NCBI GenBank assembly: GCA_951406725.2
Contig: OX597823.1
Location: 19,406,001-19,470,000, forward strand
Direction of reading: 5' to 3'
Source: Octopus vulgaris
Taxonomy: Eukaryota
Length of the DNA: 64,000 nt
The notes under the pieces were generated by a model. The model was not told the DNA's origin and made no database searches. It saw only the letters and a list, made by a program, of their open reading frames with translations. Both the position numbers and the translations under genes were made by a program. Each line of letters begins with the position of its first letter. Within the stretch, counting starts at the first letter, position 1. Shown piece by piece: positions 1-12,533 of the stretch.

Positions 1-755
1 AGTATTTTAAGGGCCCTTGAGAAAACTTTGTTTTAGATGCGTGAATTGGTATGTACTGCAACAGCTAGGTTTCTTTCGCAAACATTTTAAATGGTTCAAC
101 CTACAGTTAACATGTGAAGAACAAATTAGGAATTTTGAAAGAAATTTCTCCAAAGCAAGTTTTTAAACATTGAATGGGTGCGTGTTTGTGTGGGGGTGTC
201 CACCAGAATGAAATAGCCGTCAAGGGTTCCACAGATAAAAAAAAATGGTTGAGAGCCTTTGGTTTATATGATGTAAGTCTTTGAATTGCTTATATGACTG
301 ACTACAAGTAGTTGATAAGGTAAAAACAGTAGCTAAATCTCATATCATATCTATGCTATACCCATGGGTGAAATATTGAGGAAAGGAATTTGAATTCAAT
401 GCAGCAAACTAGTGGAACAACCGTTTATATAGAGTGCTCCCTCTTACTACAGACATCATCTTTATTCTTTGATTCCTTTAACTGCTTCAGTCATTGGACT
501 GTGGCGATGAATGAGCACTGACCAAACCCACCCCAGTACTTATTGCATTTGTCTCTTTTGTCGAAGAATTGCTGTTACAGGGACATACACAAACCAACAC
601 CGGTTGTCACATGGTGGAGAGACAAACACAAAGTCGTTATTTACAGAAACTAGAAACTAATTAGTTTAGTTGAAAAGAAGCAGTGAAAATGAAACTGTTA
701 AGAGTAGAAGGGAGAGAGAGAGAGAGAGAGATGATTTTTGAGCAAAACTACTGAC

Positions 756-935
756 CACTTTTGAGACATTTTGCCACTGTGCCATTCCAAGTGCCATTTG
801 ATAAACAGAGCAGCTGGTGGGCATGGAAATGCGTGTAGCCTGGGTCACACTGGAACAAAGCATAATCGCCTGGTAAATGACCACTGATGGTCATATTACC
901 ATTCTCCAAGAACTCAATTGAAGGACATCGAATTT
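756..935 (-). CDS. SUSD2/mesh-like exon, Sushi/CCP domain (last exon visible in window)
   Basis: Acceptor cttgtttcag and donor G|gtcagt; 180 nt, phase 1-1. Translates IRCPSIEFLENGNMTISGHLPGDYALFQCDPGYTHFHAHQLLCLSNGTWNGTVAKCLKS (four Cys plus GxW). Confidence 0.93.
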
Positions 936-1427
936 CTGAAACAAGAAAATTAAAAGGATATATTTAATACTTAGCTGGGTTTTTTTTAAAAATTTGATTT
1001 TGAGTTTTGTTTCAATTTATTTATTCTTTTACTTGCTTCAATCATTGGACTGCAGTCATGCTAAGGGGTTTAGTCGATCAAATCAATACCAGTATAAATT
1101 TTAAGCCTGGTACTTAAACCAGTATTCTAACATTTACCAACAGCATAACTCACACACAAAGGGAGAGAATCTCTACATAATCATTTAACTAATTAGAAAC
1201 AGCAACACAATTCTATCAAATCACATGCTACCGTCTTAAAACAAGAAGGACACATTGGACAATGTAGATCCTGATAAGCAGACAAATAGGGTGGTCAAAG
1301 CTGGAGTGTGTTTGATTATAGGCCTGTTCAATCAGGACTGACCAAGGATCAAACAAAGACAACACATCACTGAAATATCATTTGAAATACAAAGTCTAAT
1401 AATGAATTGTCAGGTATGGAAACTTAC

Positions 1428-1676
1428 CAATTTCTATGTCTTTTTTGAGGGCTGAAAATTTGGCCACAAAGTTCTTTATAGCCAAGGCAACTGATGGCTT
1501 CCCAATAACCTGAAAGTCAAATCGACATGGTGCTACATCCCCACAGAGCTTAATGGTGCCGTTTCGAAGGTTGTTTTCATCCAGTTTGTCGATGAAAACT
1601 GGTTGGTAATTGTCTTCTTCTGTTGTTGCTGGTTTGTAGGACTTGGAAAACAAACTGTCTTTAGCTGCAACCCTCC
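1428..1676 (-). CDS. SUSD2/mesh-like exon, Cys-containing region after VWD
   Basis: Acceptor caccaacag and donor G|gtaagt; 249 nt, phase 1-1. Translates (W)RVAAKDSLFSKSY...QPVFID...LCGDVAPCRFDFQVIGKPSVALAIKNF. Confidence 0.92.
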
Positions 1677-3662
1677 CTGTTGGTGAAAGTCAAAATAGCC
1701 CATTGTTTATCATTGGTAAAACACATTTGTAAAATTAGATAGTTTGTGTGACATGAGGAGAGGTGGAGAAAATTCTAATATTGCATGCAGAGGTAGGTTA
1801 GGACTAGAAATGAGAAATGGTTTTGGACGGATGTAAAGAATAAAGTCGAGTGACATGTGTGGAGTGTTGTAAAAGAAGATGGAAAACTGTTCTTTGTCAA
1901 ACCTCAGAATTCACTTAATCTCTCCTCACAGCATGTAAACTTAATCTTATTTCATAAATCTTATCAACGGTTTGCTTGTCAGTGGCATAAAATTTTATGA
2001 TTATTTGGGTGCTGAAGTCAAATATGAAATATGAAAAAAAAGATAATGCAAGAAGGACAAAGTTTAACCAAATAGATTCCTGTTTACTGAAACCATTAAA
2101 ATGCCTTTTAAATTCTAAGAAGTTTTAAAGCCAGTGCTAACCTAATCATCATCATCATCGTTTAGCGTCCGCTTTCCAGCATGGGTTGGCCGGTTCAACT
2201 GGGGTCTGAGAAGCCAGAAGGCTGCACCAAGCCCAGTCTGATCTGGCAATGTTTCTATGGCTGGATGCCCTTCCTAACGCCAACCACTCCGTGAGTGTAG
2301 TGGGTGCTTTTTACGTGCCAGACGAGGCTGGCAAATGGCCACGTTCGGATGGTTCTCTTACGTACCACCGGCACTGGTATCACAGCTGCAATTTCCATTG
2401 ATGTTGATCGATTTCGATTTTGAATATTAAGGGGATGAGATATAAACACCCTCATGGATAGGACACCAGCCTATTGCAAGTTACATCTCCAGATAACCTA
2501 TGACCCACAGCTTGGTGAGAAAAAACAAAACAGAATAAAATGCTCTTTGATATGGAGTTGTCAGATAGCTTTACTGTGAATGACATTAATTCTGCTTCTT
2601 CTAACTAAACTACCAACAACATGTACCAATCTCTTGGTGAGCACTTTGCCATATTTTTTACCTCAGAGTTAAATAGAGCTATTGGCCTGGTATTGTCTAT
2701 CATATCCCATTTGTATGGATCTTTCACTATTCCATGGCTCACATGATTTGGGATACTTCCAGTTGGCTGCCAAGACAATAGCAAATGAGTCTGGCAAGTA
2801 ACAAATAATTTTATAGGGCAGGCTATACTTGTCCCTTTTAATGAATCCCACCATTAATAATAGTTTTTTTTTTTTTTTTTCTGAAGGGACAAGGCCTGAA
2901 ATTTTTGTTGGGTGGAGGAGAGTTGATTACATTGACCCCAGTGCTCAAATGGTACTTACCTCATTGACCCTGAAAGGATCAATAAAGGTCCCTGAAAGGC
3001 AAAGTTGACACTGGCAGAATTTGAACTGAGACAGACGAGAAGCTACTGCTAATCATTTTGTCTGACATTTTTTTTTCTCTTTTACTTGTTAATTGTTCAC
3101 AAGGGGCTAAACATAGAGGGGACAAACAAGGACAGACAAAGAGACTAAGTCGATTACATCGACCCCCAAAAGGATGAAAGGCAAAGTTGACTTCAGTGGA
3201 ATTTCAACTCAGAATGTAGTGGCAGAAGAAATACCTATTTCTTTACTACCTCTTTACTACCCACAAGGGGTGAAACACAGAGGGGACGAACAAAGACAGA
3301 CAAATGAATTAAGTCAATTATATCGACCCCAGTGCATAACTGGTACTTATTTAATCGACCCCGAAAGGATGAAAGGCAAAGTCGATCTCGGTGGAATTTG
3401 AACTCAGAACGTAGCAGCAGATGAAATACTGCTAAGCATTTCGCCCGGCACGCTAACGATTCTGCCAGCTCAGTTGGTGCTTTTTACATACCACTGGCAC
3501 AAGAGCCGGTCAGGGGGCACTGTCATCTTAAAAATAATTGCACTCGTCAATTCTCACTTATCTAATTCACTAATCTGGTCAATGAAATTTTCCAAGGGGG
3601 TTGGGGAAGATGACAACAACAACAACAAAAATATATAAAGTTAAGTGACCGTGTAAACTTAC

Positions 3663-3788
3663 ATGTATTACCAAACTTATAATGGATGTCCTCCATACTG
3701 GAACTGGTTGGTATTATGGTTCCATCTCGTGCTCTGAAGTCATCTGATATGTTGCCATTATAGTTACCTAGCAACCCTTCTACATTGT
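3663..3788 (-). CDS. SUSD2/mesh-like exon, VWD domain end
   Basis: Acceptor ttctcaccag and donor T|gtaagt; 126 nt, phase 1-1. Translates NVEGLLGNYNGNISDDFRARDGTIIPTSSSMEDIHYKFGNT(W), matching the VWD GLLG.ynG...DD...FG.W signature. Confidence 0.95.
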
Positions 3789-4688
3789 CTGGTGAGAAAA
3801 GCAAGATACAAATAAATTTACTCTGTGTGTGTATATGTGTGTGTGTATGTATATATATATAATGGGAAAGTTTACAAAAATAAACAAAAGACGAAGGCAG
3901 GTGGAATACAAACAAACAATTGTATTAGTATGGTGCTCAGGAATAGAAATAGAACAAGTCTTTTACGTTTTGAGCCTACGCTCTTCGACAGAAAGATACA
4001 CAGAAAAGAAAGGAGAGAAAAAAAATGCGTGTAGGAGCTAACAATCTATCATGGCGATATATATATACACACACACATATACATATGTGTCAACATGAAA
4101 CAGAAAATATAGAGAGAGACATAAGAATTCTGGAGCAAAACACCTCATCTTAAGTTGCTTTATGATCACTTTGGCATCTAATGGGTGGCACACTGTGTAC
4201 CTGGACAGGGAATGTCAATTTGATTGCTGTAAACAAATCATCTGTGCAGGGTGTTGAGCAAGAAATTGCAGAATGTTAACCTGTTGTCTATGGCAAGGGT
4301 GTCCACAACATATATATATATCAGGTCAGGTGCCCCTGCAGGAGTCCTGTGCAGGTGCCATGTAAAAAGCACTCATGCCAATGCCACGTGAAAGCACCTG
4401 TATGGTGCCACATAAAAGTGTCTGTATGAGGTCAGGTAAAAGTATCATGCAGTGCTAGCCATGTGAAAATTCCCACATGGTGCCATATAAAAGCAACCAG
4501 CACACTTTGTAAAGCGGTTGGCATTAGGAAGGGCATCTAGCAGTAAATCAAATTGGACTGGAACTTGATTAGGGTATTGGTGCAGCTCTCCTGCTTGCCA
4601 GCTCTGGTCAAACTGTCCAACCCAAGCAAACATGGAAAATGGACATTAAATGAACAAAATAGTGTTAACATATTTAATGCAGGGATTA

Positions 4689-4894
4689 TTAACCCTTTCG
4701 TTACTATATTTATTTTGAGATGCTCTGTGTTTCTTTCAATTACTTTAAATATAACAAAGAATTTAGTAAACAGATAGTGTTAGGAACATAAATTGTGATT
4801 AAGGTTTGGTGGGAGATTTTAATTCAAAACATATGAAAACAAGACATTTGTACTCAGAGCCAGAGCCGGTTTCAGTTGGTAATGAAAGGGTTAA
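4689..4894. mobile_element. piggyBac-type MITE
   Basis: TTAA-CCCTTTCGTTAC ... GTAATGAAAGGG-TTAA termini. Confidence 0.8.
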
Positions 4895-5415
4895 AGACTC
4901 AACTAGAGATAATTATGTTGTGTGAAAAGAAACATTAATCACTGACTCCTATCATTCTACATTTCAGATACGTATGAGAAACAACTCTTTGTATATTTCA
5001 GCCTTATTACGACCTCATTAGCAAAGTAGAGACTCCACTGTACCTTATGAGAGAATCACAAGTATAAGAGATGTAGTTGAGTAACATAATGGTAACAGTG
5101 TTTTTATAGGATACACGCACATATCATTGATGACCCCACTGCTAATGGATGAGGAAACCCTGCATTACACTGTCGACAACAACACAAACCAATTCAGAGA
5201 ACCTCTGCACAGCTACTTGGCTTACTAGAAATAGTAACCATATTGCTCTTAAAATCATGCATACCACCTGACAGAGAATGACACAATGGAATATGTAGAT
5301 GCGGCAACAATGTGCAAAAAAAAAAATGTGTGTGTGTGGGGGGTGATTGTTAAAATTAGGTACGCTTAATTAGAGCTGACCTGGCTGGCAGTAAATAAGA
5401 ATGAACAATACTTAC

Positions 5416-5559
5416 TTCTTAAAGCTTTTGATCCCATCAGAACAAGAATATTCATGACGTCAGGAGTGACCTCAATTTCAATAGAGAGTTCGTGAGAAGA
5501 GAAGACAACCATTATGTCTGTGGAGTTCTCGTGGTTCTCATGGATATTGATTGTCAGTC
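5416..5559 (-). CDS. SUSD2/mesh-like exon, VWD domain
   Basis: Acceptor ctctgttgcag and donor A|gtaagt; 144 nt, phase 1-1. Translates LTINIHENHENSTDIMVVFSSHELSIEIEVTPDVMNILVLMGSKALR. Confidence 0.88.
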
Positions 5560-5711
5560 CTGCAACAGAGAAACAGAAGTTAGAGTGGAATTAGTATTGT
5601 TGGGGAGTGACTGGTCTATAACTGGTAAAAGTCAGTATAGTGAGATTGGGGTTAATACAAAAGAAGAGGTTCAGCTGTAATACTGAAATGACCTGGTATA
5701 ATACACTAGAG

Positions 5712-5929
5712 CAGTGCTTTTCAACCTTTTTGCTGGAGCGGAACCCCAAGGAAACATTCAACTGGCTCGAAGAACCCCTGTGCAATAATTTAATAGTCTT
5801 ATGCACACATATCTGCACAGGAGAATTAAAATTACTGCCTATTTTAGCAGTTTTGTAACTCCTTGCGGAACCCCTGGACTGTACTGGCGGAACCCTAAGG
5901 TTCCACGGAACCCTGGTTGAAAACCACTG
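5712..5929. mobile_element. hAT-type MITE
   Basis: TIRs CAGTGCTTTTCAACC / GGTTGAAAACCACTG with a perfect 8-bp TSD, CACTAGAG. Confidence 0.9.
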
Positions 5930-6897
5930 CACTAGAGTAAAGCTAGGTATGATAATACAGTAGATAGTTGGAATTTACAAAACAAAAAAAAAAACAAGAC
6001 GAAGACAGGTGTGTAAACAACAAACAGATGTATTAGTTTATTGCTCAGGAAAGTGAGAAAGTCTTTTACGTTTTGAACCTATGCTCTTCAACAGACAGGA
6101 ACACAGAAATAAGCAGAGAGAGAAAATAAAAAAAGGTTTAGTGGCTAGCGATCAATCAGGAGAGCTAGGAAGAAGGGGAGATAAAAAAAGTAGTAGTGAT
6201 CCCAAAACAAAGGTGCATGTGCGTGTGGATAGGGCCTGGTGACCTTGACGTGTGTGTGTGTGTGCATGTGTAGGTGTGTGGATGATGGTGTGGGTGCTGG
6301 GAAGTGGTCAGTGCTAGCGTAGTACAATACCCTTAACCACCCAGCTGGGAACCCAATATGTTAACCACCCAGCTGGAACCCCCAATATGTTAACCATTCA
6401 GCTGGTACTGTTTTTGTAGAGCTGATTGCAACACTATAATATAGAAGTGTTGGCCATGGCATCACAATGCAATCGATAGGACAGCAGAGTAGAGATGGCC
6501 ATAACAGTACAGGAAAGCTGGTTCTGAGGAATTCTTTATGACAGTATAATACAGTAAATACCATTATAACAATACAATAGGCATATCTTTAAAAATGGTG
6601 ATTTATACAAAACTAGAAACATAAAAAAGATGCTTGTATTGGATTTGAATGAAAATCCACTGCTCTTAAAATCACGCATACCACCTGAAAGAGAATGACA
6701 CAATGGAATATGTAGATGCAGCAACAATGTGCAAAAAAAAAAAAAATCAATACCCTTAATCACCCAGCTGGTAGCCCCATATGTTAACCACTCAGCTGGT
6801 TGTCTAACCACCCAGCTGGTACTGTTTTTGTTTCTGTTCTGCTCCCCAACCACTGAAACAGAATCTCCCATAAAGACCATTAAATTTCAAACCTTAC

Positions 6898-7047
6898 CTT
6901 GAAATTCAAGTTTTTCATATTTATATTCTTTCTCATCAAGCAGCAGTCTATAATTAGTCTGCTCGTTAATTTCAATTTCAATTATTTCTGATATGCCTTT
7001 CATTTTCATAGCTATCCCAGTAAACACCGTGGCATTTTGTAGTTTAC
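6898..7047 (-). CDS. SUSD2/mesh-like exon, VWD domain
   Basis: Acceptor aatcacag and donor G|gtaagg; 150 nt, phase 1-1. Translates KLQNATVFTGIAMKMKGISEIIEIEINEQTNYRLLLDEKEYKYEKLEFQ (ATVFT motif). Confidence 0.9.
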
Positions 7048-8147
7048 CTGTGATTCAAAACAAACAAACAATTACACAACATATTTTCATGTGGTCATCA
7101 ATATTGTATCATTATGTAAATACATTATATTTTAGTAAATAAATTTCAGTTATTTATGGTTGGTATTTCTGGAAGGTTAGTTGTTTCTAATTTATTGGTA
7201 AATAACAATGAAATCATGGGTTTGATCCTCACTCCAAACTATCAGATAGCTACCCATGAGTTTTGCTTTCCCAGCAAGACTAAATACATATGAATGTGTC
7301 TGTATATTTATTAATTAAGAAATGAAATGGTGTTAACATGTTGAATGCAGCAATCATTAAAGATGTGTGGTGATGAAAACAATATTGGTTATTGACTGAT
7401 AGTGTTTTACATTTCAGATAAATATGAGAGACAACTCTTGCTATATTTCAGCCTTATCATGATCTTGTTAGTGAAGCAGAGTCTTCATTGTACTTCATGA
7501 GAGAATCACTAAATAAATGTACAACACAATTTACACTGACGAATGATCAACACACTCCAGCATACAATTCAAGCTGGACCAATCTACAACACGATTTAAG
7601 CATCATTGACTTCAGTAAGAAGGAAAAATTGCAGAGTATTCCAAGGCTATTTCATTAGCTTCACATGCCAAGTTCAACTCCACAAGTCTAACATCAGTAT
7701 GGTCACACAACCTGAAAGAAATAACAGCAAGATTTCCCTCAAATCATACTTTATTGTCTTAAAGTAAAAAAAAAAAAAAAATCTTTGGATAATAAAATCC
7801 AAAATATACAAGATTAGATGGACAGGACAGTAATCTTTGGTCATAAGTCTACTCAACCAACGTCAACTCTGGGTTAAACTACCTCTTTAACTTTGGAATG
7901 AGATGAACTCCACTAAGCCAACTTGCGCTTCCTAATTGATGGAGAAGTAGTGTTCAGTGATGTATAATCTACTGCACTATTAGTCTCAGCATCAAAATTT
8001 TCTTTCTCCCATTCACCACAGAGACCTTGAGTTTGCTAAAAATCCAGAAAGAATTTTCCAGTTCACCAGAATACACAGCTCTGGTATTTATCATGTGTTT
8101 CTGAAGTGTTAATTGAACAGATGGAGATTAACTTATATATCACAGAA

Positions 8148-8377
8148 GGCGGCGAGCTGGTAGAAACGGTAGCACGCCAGGCGAAATGCGTAGCCGTATT
8201 TCGTCTGCCGTTACATTCTGAGTTCAAATTCCGCCGAGGTTGACTTTGCCTTTCATCCTTTCGGGGTCGATAAATTAAATACCAGTTACGCACTGGGGTC
8301 GATGGAATAGACTTAATCCCTTTGTCTGTCCTTGTTTGTCCCCTCTGTGTTTAGCCCCTTGTGGGTAGTAAAGAAAT
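8148..8377 (+). mobile_element. tRNA-derived SINE family B (Nin-domain-like core; representative copy)
   Basis: GGCGGCGAGCTGG...GAGTTCAAATTCC head and GCCTTTCATCCTTTCGGGGTCGATAAA core. Other copies at about 2930-3470, 16755-16975, 21498-21728, 25122-25347, 34950-35181 and 48060-48245. Confidence 0.88.
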
Positions 8378-8897
8378 ATATATATATCACAGATAGGAAA
8401 CTGGTCTGTCATCAATAACTTTTCCCATACAATGAATTGAACTCAGTACAGCAAATCAACAAAGTAGAGAGATGTCACAATTACAGTAATGAATCATCTC
8501 ACCCTGTGGTGCCTACATACAGCCAAGTGGACTGGGCTGTATGTGGTTTGGTCATTGATTGATCCTTCTTGAGTCCCTTAGACTCATAAGGCTGGCTTCC
8601 TGCTTTTTGTGGCATGTATATCCCCGACAGGACAGGACATTGTCTGTTGCAAGATCACTCATGTTTACCAGTTGAGTGGACTGGAGTAACATGAAATAAA
8701 GTGTTTTACTCAAGAACACTGGCTGGTCAAGGAATCGAAACCACAATTTTACAATCATGAGTCCAACACCCCTGACCACTAAGCCACGTGCATCCAAGGT
8801 TAATCATTGATACAATACAGTAAACTCTATCATTCTGTGGGCTGTCGATGGTTAAATGACTTAATCACTGACACAGCACAATGAACTACAAAGCTTT

Positions 8898-9245
8898 GTA
8901 CTTACTTAATCTGCTCACTCTCTACAAAGCAGAGGCAAGCCCTGACCTCTGACCTCTATTGTTCTCAACTCCGGACTGTCTTTTCTGCTTCATTTTCTCC
9001 CTTAATATTCACCATCATCAGTTCTTCACCAACTTTGCTTTAGTTTTTTTTTTCCTAACTAGCAAGTGCTGGCCTGACACAAACCCATTTTACCTCCGGG
9101 AAGAGGTGGTCCATATTTGTCTGGCCTCTATCCTTTGACCTGTCCAGCATGGGAGGCCCTTCCTGGAGCTTGTGCTCCGCTGGCATAGCTCTCAGGGTCA
9201 CTGAGGCACACAAGCCACCACACCGCAACAAGGACTGGACCTTGT
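8898..9245 (-). mobile_element. short bipartite RTE-derived element
   Basis: Minus strand begins CCTTGTTGCGGTGTGGTGGCTTGTGTGCCTCAGTGACCCTGAGAGCTATGCC (RTE 5'UTR-like) and ends in an (AAGT)n tail; related copy at 20889-21305. Confidence 0.55.
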
Positions 9246-10751
9246 GGTGGGACGAAAATTTTGCGGTACCTACTAACAGCTTGATAGCTGTGTCATGGCC
9301 AGTGATATAACTGAGTTGTACCTACGTACGGTCAGGCAGACTGGGAGTTGACAGCTACATGATCTGTTCAATAATATAGCAAATGCTTAGATGATTTAAA
9401 CCAGATATTTTGGCTGGTAGTTTTGGTCAGCTATTGTATCTCTAAGACAAAGGGGTAAAATGGTTCTCAACAAGGGTTCATATGCTTCCAAGGGCCATAT
9501 GGAACCCATATAGGCCTCAGTTTTCATCATCATCGTCGTCGTTTAATGTGTGTTTTCCACGCTGGCAAGGGTTGGACGGTTTGACTGAGGTCTGGCAAGC
9601 CACAAGGCTGCACCAGGCTCCAATCTGATCTGGCAAGGTTTCCAAAGCTGGATGCCCTTCCTAATGCCAGCCACTCCGAGAGTGTAGTGGGGACTTTTTA
9701 CGTTCCACAAGCACAAGGGCCAGTCAGGTGGTACTGGCATCGACCACGCTCAAACAGTGCTTTTTACAAGCCACCGTTACAGGAGCCAGTTAGGTGATAC
9801 TGGCATCAACCACACGAAATGCTGTTTTTTATGTGCCACCAGCATGGGGAGCCAGTCAGGTGGCACAGGCAGTGATCATGCTCAAATGGTGCTTTTTATG
9901 TGCCACTGGCATGGGTGCCAGTCAGGTGGCACTAGCATCTGCCAAGACAATGATTTAGTTATAAACAGGTTATATTTCTACAATGCACAAAATGATTAAA
10001 CAATTCTTTTATCCAATTCCAAATAAAATTTAAACTTCTTTACTTATTTCAGTCATTTGACTGCGGCCATGCTGGAGCACTACCTTTAGTCGAACAAATC
10101 GACCCCAGGACTTATTTATTATAAGCCTAGTACTTATTCTGTTAGTCTCTTTTGCCAAATCGCTAAGTTACAGAGACATAAACGCACCAGCATCGGTTGT
10201 CAAGCAATGATGGAGGTACAAACAAACACACATGTATACATACATATATATATATATATATGTAAATATATATGTATATATGCAAGGTTTCTTTTCAGTT
10301 TCCATCTACCAAATCCATTCACAAGGCTTTGGTTGGCCTGAGGCTATAGTGGGACTGAACCCGGAACCATGTGGTTGGTAAGCAAGCTACTTACCACACA
10401 GCCAAGAATTTAATAGATTTTAGACACTAAATGACTGTGCCTCCAGCACTCTAGAGTAAAATATAAATAAAATGGGTCATTAGATAAAAAAAAAATGGTT
10501 GAGAACCACTGGTTTAAATCATCATGTCTAATATAAAAAAAAAATGTATGTTACGTTAATGATTTCAATTCCTTCAGTTATCATCTCACTCCACCCTTAA
10601 TTTCCTAATTAAGAAGTAAACAGAGGTCACCCCATTCACCCTTGATATTAGGATACAAGACAACTGCTGACCGAAGGTCGCACAGGTCAACACTGGATCA
10701 CTCCAATCAGTCACCACCACACCATTGGTTGATGACAGATGTAAAATGACT

Positions 10752-11124
10752 TTAACCCTTTCATTACTGTATTTATTTTGAGGTGTTCTGTGTTTCTTTC
10801 AATTGATTTTAAATATAACAAAGAATTTAGTAAAATATTAGGTTGTCCCAAAAGTTCGTAAACACTTGCGAAAATTGAATTTTTACTCACCAAGTACTAA
10901 CAAAAACAACAAAAATTATTCCTCAAAATAAAGACCATTATTTTCCAAGACTTTCTACGAACTTTTGGGACAACCTTATAACTTAGTTATCATTAAGCTA
11001 GTGCTAGGAACATAAATTGTGACTAAGGTTTGGTGGAAGATTTTAATTCAAAACTTATGAAAAGAAGACCTTTGTACTACAGAGCCAGAGGTGGTTTCAG
11101 CTGGGTTGGTAATGAAAGGGTTAA
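10752..11124. mobile_element. piggyBac-type MITE containing a nested Tc1/mariner MITE
   Basis: TTAA-CCCTTTCATTAC ... GTAATGAAAGGG-TTAA termini; same family as 4689 and 43417. Confidence 0.82.
10838..10978. mobile_element. Tc1/mariner MITE (141 bp)
   Basis: 23-bp TIRs TTAGGTTGTCCCAAAAGTTCGTA / TACGAACTTTTGGGACAACCTTA (1 mismatch); TA duplicated relative to the empty site in the 43417 copy. Confidence 0.88.
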
Positions 11125-11448
11125 CAATCAGACACTGGTTTTTTAAAAAAAGTAGGACACATAAGGATAATGTAGTCCTAGATACATTTCTCCAGAGAAA
11201 TAAGACGAAGAGTCATGGCTATAACTCTTTCAAACAGATCAGGTCAAACAACAAAAAGAAAGAACACATCGGTAGTCCTAGAAACGTGTCAAGATGATGA
11301 AAGATGATATGGTCCCAACAGTGAAACATCTCACAAGAGAGCTGCTGGATTAAGGCTGGCCGAGGGCTAAATACCAACCATAATTATTAATGCTTTCTAT
11401 CAATGAAACACACATCAAATTGAATATAAACAAACCAGGTATACTCAC

Positions 11449-11592
11449 CATCAATATCAAGAGCTTGGTCAGCTCTCACCTGGATCACAACAGATTTGCT
11501 TTTGTCCTGCAGCAGAATGAACTCACCCAGACCATTAAATGTATACTTCTTGCCATCTAACGTTACCAGGTGAGGGTCACCAGCTGCCTGTG
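11449..11592 (-). CDS. SUSD2/mesh-like exon, VWD domain start with GDPH motif
   Basis: Acceptor ttttcag and donor G|gtgagt; 144 nt, phase 1-1. Translates QAAGDPHLVTLDGKKYTFNGLGEFILLQDKSKSVVIQVRADQALDID. Too short to appear in the ORF track. Confidence 0.95.
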
Positions 11593-11832
11593 CTGAAAAC
11601 GGAACAAAATTTTACTGAGATGCTTCTTCTGAATTTGTAAACAAAAATGGTTTCAGATTTAGGAAGACAATGCCTGCAATTTTGTGGGGAAGGGTTACTC
11701 ATACTGATTAACCCAGAAAGGATAAAAAGCAAAGCTGTCTCGAGTGGGATTTAAAATCAGAACATAGAGAACTGCAACAAATACCACAAGGCACTTTTTC
11801 CAAAGTACTTAATATTTCTGCCAATCTATCAT

Positions 11833-11868
<36 letters not shown>

Positions 11869-11944
11869 GCAACAATATTTTCTAAATCAGTTACAAAGAC
11901 ACACATCTTCGGCAAGTAGGTATTGACAATACAATAAAATAAAA

Positions 11945-12195
11945 AATGTGCCCTTTTAAAGCCTAGCCAGGCTCATGGGCCCGGTTACCTGGTTTCAATG
12001 GCGTATGTGTTCCTCGGCTGGACAGGACGCCAGTCCATCGCAGCATTAATCATTTTTGCCAGCTGAGAGGACTGGAGCAACGTGAAATGAAGTGTTTTGC
12101 TCAAGAACACAATGCGTCACCTGGTCCAGGAATCGAAACCACAATCTTATGATCATGATGCTGACACCCTAACCACTAAGCCACGTGCCTCCACA
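11945..12195 (-). mobile_element. tRNA-derived SINE family E (representative copy)
   Basis: GGAGGCACGTGGCTTAGTGG...GTTTCGATTCC head and GTGTTCTTGAGCAAAACAC core. Other copies at 8560-8795, 50750-50995, 52405-52760 and 36196-36430. Confidence 0.82.
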
Positions 12196-12533
12196 CACAG
12201 GTATTGACAATACTGACCCTAATATGATTACAGACAATGTTGACCTTGATGCGATTTGAACTCAGAATGTAAAGAGGTCAACTTCATAACTGAATAAAGT
12301 CACTTAGTCCAGTACACTACTAATGTGTCTAACACTCACCGTCTTTAATAATACAAAAAGAAAGAAAGATAAATACTGTACACAGTATTATAAAGGATCA
12401 TAGCTAGTGTGAGATTTAACATGTGCAACAATTGCAAAGGAATTGATTGAATGTTGTTCTTGGTTAGAAAAGGCGAGGTACAAGAATGTTTTTTCCTCGG
12501 TATATTCTAATTAACATTGCGTTTAGAATTATA

